From assembly GCF_000023965.1 (NCBI RefSeq), contig NC_013202.1, positions 990,001 to 1,022,000 of the forward strand: a stretch of DNA of 32,000 nucleotides, given 5' to 3'. The notes under the pieces were generated by a model, which was not told where the DNA came from, ran no database searches, and was given only the letters and a program-made list of their open reading frames with translations. Both the position numbers and the translations under genes were made by a program. This DNA is from Halomicrobium mukohataei DSM 12286 (lineage in GTDB: Archaea > Halobacteriota > Halobacteria > Halobacteriales > Haloarculaceae). Below are positions 30,537-32,000 of the stretch, in pieces. Each line of letters starts with the position of its first letter. Within the stretch, counting starts at the first letter, position 1.

Positions 30537-32000
30537 TCAGGACAGCCGCGAGCGAATGGTCTCGGCAGTCCCCGCGCCGACGCCCTCGACGGCCAGCAGC
30601 TCCTCCGTCGAGGCCGCCCGAACGTTGTCGACGCTCCCGAAACGCCTGAGCAGTCGCTTGCGGGTCTCGGGACCGACGCCGGGGACCTCGTCCAGCGCCG
30701 TCGTGACCTCGTCGCGGACCGTCTGGTGGTACTGGACGGCAAAGCGGTGGGCCTCGTCGCGAACTCGCTGACAGAGGTGGAGCTTCGGGTCGTCGTCGTC
30801 CCAGTCGTGCGTGCCAGTGGGAGTCACGACCAGTTCCTCGTCCTTGGCGAGTGCCACGGCCGGCACGTCCCAGCCGGTATCGGCCAGCGCGTCCCGGGCC
30901 GCGCCGAGCTGGCCGTCGCCGCCGTCGATCAGGAGGAGGTCGGGGTCGGGGCGGTCGTCCCGGTCCTCGATCGCTCGTTTCGCCCGCCAGCGAACCAGCT
31001 CCCGCATGTTGGCGTAGTCGTCGTTGCGCTCCGTGAGCTTCTTGCGGCGGTAGTCGCGCTTGGCGGCGTCGCCGTCGACGAAAGCGACGTTCGACCCGAC
31101 GACGGCCCGACCCTGCGCGTGGCTCACGTCGAACCCCTCGATCCGATCGGCCGAGTCGAGAGCGAGCGCGTCGGCCAGCGCGGCGGTGTCGTCGCGTGCC
31201 GGCCCGCCACGGCGGGCGTTCTTCAGCGCGAGATCGACGAGTGTCGCCTCTCGGCCCGCACCGGGGACGCGCACGTCGACGCCCTCGCCCGCGAGCCACT
31301 CGACCACGTCCTCGCCGGGGCGTTCCGAGCACAGCACCGCCTCCGGAAACTCGCGCTCGGCATAGTACTGGGTGATAAACGCCGAGAGTACCTCGCCGAC
31401 GCCGTCGCCGTCGGGCGCGTCGAGCCCGTGGCGCTCGCGATCGATCAGCTGGCCGTCGGCGGCGTGCAGGCGGGCGACGGTCGCGCGTTCGCCCTCACGG
31501 ACGGCCCCCAGCACGTCGACGGCCCGTTCGTCGCGGGTCGTCTGGACCGCGTCGTCGGCGTCGCCGTGGAACGCCTCGACGGCTTCGAGCTTGTCCCGGC
31601 AGTTGGCCGCGCGCTCGAACTCCTGGGCCTCCGACGCGGCGGCCATCTCCCGGCGGAGCGGATCGGCCAGCACGCCGGTCTCGCCGCCGAAGAACCGCTC
31701 GACGCTCTCCACGTCTTCGGCGTAGTCGACAGCAGAAATCTCGCCGGTACAGGGCGCGGTACAGAGCCCCATCTCGTAGTCCAGACACGGTCGGTCGCGC
31801 CCCTCGTACTTGTGGTCGGAACACCCCCGCAGCCCGTAGGTCTCGCGCAGGGCCTTGACGACGGTCTCGACCCGGCCTTTGTCGGTGAACGGGCCGTAGA
31901 CGGTCGCGCCCTCCTCTGGATCGCGGGTGACCTCGATCCGGGGCACCGGGTGGTCGGTGAGCTGGACGAGCGGATACGACTTGTCGTCTTTGAGCCGGAC
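30537..32000 (-). CDS. uvrC: Excinuclease ABC subunit C (UvrC), N-terminus beyond the window
   Basis: The reading frame is open to position 32000 (...[24 protein letters not shown]...). UvrBC-interaction region [12 protein letters not shown], endonuclease domain, and C-terminal (HhH)2 [18 protein letters not shown]...[12 protein letters not shown]. Confidence 0.9.
   Translation of the reverse strand, partial: VRLKDDKSYPLVQLTDHPVPRIEVTRDPEEGATVYGPFTDKGRVETVVKALRETYGLRGCSDHKYEGRDRPCLDYEMGLCTAPCTGEISAVDYAEDVESVERFFGGETGVLADPLRREMAAASEAQEFERAANCRDKLEAVEAFHGDADDAVQTTRDERAVDVLGAVREGERATVARLHAADGQLIDRERHGLDAPDGDGVGEVLSAFITQYYAEREFPEAVLCSERPGEDVVEWLAGEGVDVRVPGAGREATLVDLALKNARRGGPARDDTAALADALALDSADRIEGFDVSHAQGRAVVGSNVAFVDGDAAKRDYRRKKLTERNDDYANMRELVRWRAKRAIEDRDDRPDPDLLLIDGGDGQLGAARDALADTGWDVPAVALAKDEELVVTPTGTHDWDDDDPKLHLCQRVRDEAHRFAVQYHQTVRDEVTTALDEVPGVGPETRKRLLRRFGSVDNVRAASTEELLAVEGVGAGTAETIRSRLS

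Noticed and set aside
1-32000. CRISPR arrays, rRNA genes and tRNA genes
   Set aside because: I found no regularly spaced direct repeats and no rRNA-like or cloverleaf-forming segments by eye. The only repeat family is the dispersed 81-bp palindrome.

Overview
This is high-GC chromosomal DNA from a haloarchaeon (class Halobacteria). The evidence is acidic proteins, strong GC3 bias, TTTAAA-type TATA boxes about 25-30 nt upstream of mostly leaderless starts, and many abutting or 4-nt start/stop overlaps. From memory, the halorhodopsin resembles Haloarcula-type sequences. I call about 40 protein genes.

The left edge (1-2235) is visibly lower in GC and looks like the scar of an integrated element. 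It holds a frameshifted HTH remnant, a vapBC toxin-antitoxin pair, a tyrosine-recombinase C-terminal fragment and an orphan membrane/coiled-coil protein.

The rest is mostly core genes:
- MCM helicase split in its P-loop by a 174-aa mini-intein
- a four-gene operon ending in a MinD/ParA ATPase
- TFB
- a ParA-like protein that has lost both Walker-A lysines
- HIT, YjbQ and IleRS
- halorhodopsin (TSA motif)
- a RecJ-like DHH phosphoesterase
- a single-domain KaiC-like ATPase
- a hexapeptide acyltransferase, a CPBP protease and an aldo-keto reductase
- RNase Z, an NmrA-like oxidoreductase and UvrC (5' end runs off the window)

I saw no rRNA, tRNA or CRISPR array.

The most interesting signals are non-coding:
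1. A 314-nt element at 22424-22737 folds on paper into a four-way junction with no linker nucleotides: two closing helices plus three long hairpins. Its G-U pairs favour a plus-strand RNA. It lacks the RNase P and SRP RNA signature motifs.
2. A family of 81-bp imperfect palindromes has full copies at 10035-10115, 22307-22387 and 24829-24909, plus half and solo copies. Compensatory substitutions between copies preserve the hairpin. The termini T(G/C)ATACGG overlap the stop codon of the neighbouring gene three times.

All functional calls rest on motif recognition by eye. No database search or computation was run.
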